Positions 61,100-64,000 of a DNA stretch of 64,000 nt are shown in pieces. The notes beneath the pieces are model-generated. The model saw nothing but the letters and a program-made list of their open reading frames with translations. It made no database searches and was not told the origin of the DNA. A program made the translations under genes and the position numbers. This DNA is from Nemertoderma westbladi (Eukaryota; Animalia; Xenacoelomorpha), in contig JAUCBJ010000073.1 in the NCBI GenBank assembly GCA_032718475.1, positions 22,282 through 86,281 on the forward strand, in the 5' to 3' direction. Each line of letters starts with the position of its first letter. Position 1 is the stretch's first letter.

Positions 61100-61958
61100 A
61101 TGAACAGGAATCTGTTGCAGTTTATTATATAGAATGAACAGGAATCTGTTGCAGTTTATTATATAGAATGAACAGGAATCTGTTGCAGTTTATTATATAG
61201 AATGAACAGGAATCTGTTGCAGTTTATTATATAGAATGAACAGGAATCTGTTGCAGTTTATTACAGAATGAACAGGAATCAGTTGCAGTTTATTATATAG
61301 AATGAACAGGAATCTGTTGCAGTTTATTATATAGAATGAACAGGAATCTGTTGCAGTTTATTATATAGAATGAACAGGAATCTGTTGCAGTTTATTACAG
61401 AATGAACAGGAATCTGTTGCAGTTTATTATATAGAATGAACAGGAATCTGTTGCAGTTTATTATATAGAATGAACAGGAATCTGTTGCAGTTTATTATAT
61501 AGAATGAAAAGGAATCTGTTGCAGTTTATTACAGAATGAACAGGAATCTGTTGCAGTTTATTACAGAATGAACAGGAATCTGTTGCAGTTTATTATATAG
61601 AATGAACAGGAATCTGTTGCAGTTTATTATATAGAATGAACAGGAATCTGTTGCAGTTTATTACAGAATGATAGGAATCTGTTGCAGTTTATTATATAGA
61701 ATGAACAGGAATCTGTTGCAGTTTATTACAGAATGAACAGGAATCTGTTGCAGTTTATTACAGAATGAACAGGAATCTGTTGCAGTTTATTATATAGAAT
61801 GAACAGGAATCTGTTGCAGTTTATTACAGAATGAACAGGAATCTGTTGCAGTTTATTATATAGAATGAACAGGAATCTGTTGCAGTTTATTACAGAATGA
61901 ACAGGAATCTGTTGCAGTTTATTACAGAATGAACAGGAATCTGTTGCAGTTTATTATT
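61100..61958. repeat. 34/32-bp minisatellite (ATGAACAGGAATCTGTTGCAGTTTATTATATAGA)n near the 3' end of intron 8
   Basis: Directly visible, about 26 units in two length variants. Confidence 0.95.
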
Positions 61959-62026
61959 GCGTTCTAGAAATCGAATTCGTCGTCATTCGTTGCGATTTTT
62001 GTAATATTATTTATTTTATTTTCCAG

Positions 62027-62104
62027 ATGTTCTCTCGGTTTCAATCAACTATAGATTCTATATATTCTAACGGGAAAGGAAATACAGACCCAAGTCATCA
62101 TTAA
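62027..62104 (+). CDS. DUF4211-family gene, terminal exon 9
   Basis: Strong acceptor TTTATTTTATTTTCCAG; MFSRFQSTIDSIYSNGKGNTDPSHH*, phase 0, continues the WLNQ helix. Confidence 0.75.
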   Translation: MFSRFQSTIDSIYSNGKGNTDPSHH

Positions 62105-62700
62105 ATCCACGAGTTACAGAAATCTCACCATATCAGATACAGTGAACCTGACTAATGATAATCTCTTAGAGATGCTTAAAATATTCCCCGTAGTTTTTAT
62201 ATTTACATTTACTATTATAGTTAATTACTTCTTAGTATTTACATTGGCATAACATTTAGTACGAAAATTGTGCGTAAAAGTTAGTAGATTTTAGATTTGT
62301 TTGGAGGCTATTTCTACAGTATATTACTTAGTTTTGTTTCTGTGTCTTTCGGAAGAGCTGATGATCGCAGCTTTCACTGTAATTTCTTAAAGGAATTCCC
62401 ATGTTCTTTATATATTTATAGGAGCTTCATAGGACGATTAACAGATTATGGCTGAGAGATACATGTTAATGATTTATTGAATCAGGTCGTTAGGCTTTAA
62501 GAAGAATAATTTATTATTTGAAATTAATAATAATTCTTTCATCTTTCATTTACAAAATAAATATCGAGAGTTCTAATTCTAATTAAAGACACTTTCTAGG
62601 AGTTGTGCCAAGCCTATTTGGTATTAAATCGACATTTTCAAGTAGTTAGTTGAATTAAATAGCACCACCAATATTGTTTGTATCTATTAATGTGCCGTTT

Positions 62701-62802
62701 TCAATGAGTTCTAGTTAGTAAAGACATTAGAAGACTATTTGGTATTGACTCTCCCTTTTCAAGTAATTCTCTTGTTGCCGCGGTAATAAATTCCTTCATT
62801 TC
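62701..62802 (-). CDS. Terminal exon of a calmodulin/myosin-light-chain-like EF-hand protein
   Basis: Acceptor TTTTGATATTGCAG; EMKEFITAATRELLEKGESIPNSLLMSLLTRTH*; phase 0. Confidence 0.7.
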   Translation of the reverse strand, partial: EMKEFITAATRELLEKGESIPNSLLMSLLTRTH

Positions 62803-62927
62803 CTGCAATATCAAAATATCGTCAATTAATATAAAATTTAATGTTGTGAGTATACAGAGTAACATTAGTGTGCTGAGCCAAATAATCTCTTACATAACGT
62901 AAAACTCTAACTATCTGCTCTCCTCAC

Positions 62928-63102
62928 CTCTTTACTAAACGGCTCTCCGTACCACTGTAATACCTCTTTGAGGTCGTCGATTAGTAGATGTTTATCGAAG
63001 TCAGTATCGAGTAGATGTAACGCCTCTTCTAGATCATGCTCGTCGAACATATGATCCAGGTTATCTTCCGCAGCCATCTCTAACATATCGTAGCTACAAT
63101 TC
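62928..63102 (-). CDS. Penultimate exon of the EF-hand protein (upstream exons unresolved)
   Basis: DEHDLEEALHLLDTDFDKHLLIDDLKEVLQWYGEPFSKE aligns by eye to calmodulin [38 protein letters not shown]; donor GTGAGG at 62927. Confidence 0.72.
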
Positions 63103-64000
63103 CTATTGAATGCGTTCGATATTATTCATTCAAATTACTTTCAGTTCCCAGATAGTGAAACAAATATAAGTATAATAATATAATACAGGTACACAATATG
63201 ATTTTATTCCAAATTGTCACCAATGGACATCGAGTATATTGATAGCGTAATATAGCTCTTTTTAATTCTAGATTTACATACAGTATCATATTCCTTTTTT
63301 TTTTTTTTACAAAAAATTGAAATTTGTAATTCAATAGTAGAATTAATAGTTCTTGAGATATTTCACAAAATGTATAGGCCTAGGCAGTTGCAATAATTTT
63401 AATTTGAGTTAATAAGTTAAAGTTGGGTAATTTACATTGAGTTAGACAAGCGTAAACGTTTTATGAAATATCTAGAGAAATAATCACTCAACTTGTTTTG
63501 AAAATGTCTACCCCACTAAATTGCGCTTCGAATAAAACATAAAACTGCAGGAAGTACAAAAACTTGATTTTTGTCTGAATTATGAAACCTTTGAAGTGCG
63601 TCTTAAAATTCCCGAATGCGTTAAATAATATCAACATATAGTTTTCGTGAATAATTGGCAACTTTTTAGAGGTCACATACATTTTGGAATTCCAGCATTT
63701 TAATTTCCACTCCACCCTAGACAGGATGCACAGGTTCACATACAGTACAATATCGAACATTATAGCTTTATCGGGTAACCTTACAATGAAACTCAATTGC
63801 AGTTATTACAATATCATAAAAATATTATATTATAAATATATTCATAAATTTATTATAAAAAAATATAGAATAAAAAAAATTAATAAATTTTTTTATTATA
63901 TTGTAATATTCATAAAATTTTCTCACTAAATGTACTAAAATCAAGTTTTGGTACTTATGGCGCTTATTATCTTTCGATAATATGCACATCCGAAGCAATG

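Noticed and set aside
63488-63929. ORFs and tiny exon candidates near the right edge
   Set aside because: AT-rich; could not be joined in phase to the EF-hand exons with confidence.

Overview
Eukaryotic, almost certainly invertebrate metazoan, genomic DNA: spliced genes, GT-AG introns, and introns heavily inflated by tandem repeats and transposons. Genes: (1) last coding exon of a KDM1B/LSD2 orthologue (10296-10382, +); (2) a two-exon 172-aa coiled-coil-like gene (15923-17859, +); (3) an ARID3/dead ringer-like transcription factor with an intronless CDS carrying about 20 TGCPTNLQ repeats (39379-41529, +); (4) an intronless SLC18B1-like MFS transporter (44064-45362, -); (5) a nine-exon DUF4211 (QSER1/PRR12/CCDC82-type) gene, phase-consistent at all junctions (45767-62104, +, 588 aa); (6) the 3' exons of a calmodulin-like EF-hand gene (62701-63102, -). 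Mobile DNA: a THAP/P-element with 71-bp TIRs and a 7-bp TSD, several MITEs, three related Helentron-associated-like elements and two LINE fragments. Main observation: four large tandem arrays are amplified exon-intron junctions. The >10 kb 42-bp array is the KDM1B 3' splice site (branch point, pyrimidine tract, AG, first exon bases) repeated about 230 times. Three introns of the DUF4211 gene begin with arrays of their own exon end plus 5' splice donor (about 108 copies, about 50 copies, and an old degenerate set). All calls were made by eye and no database searches were run.
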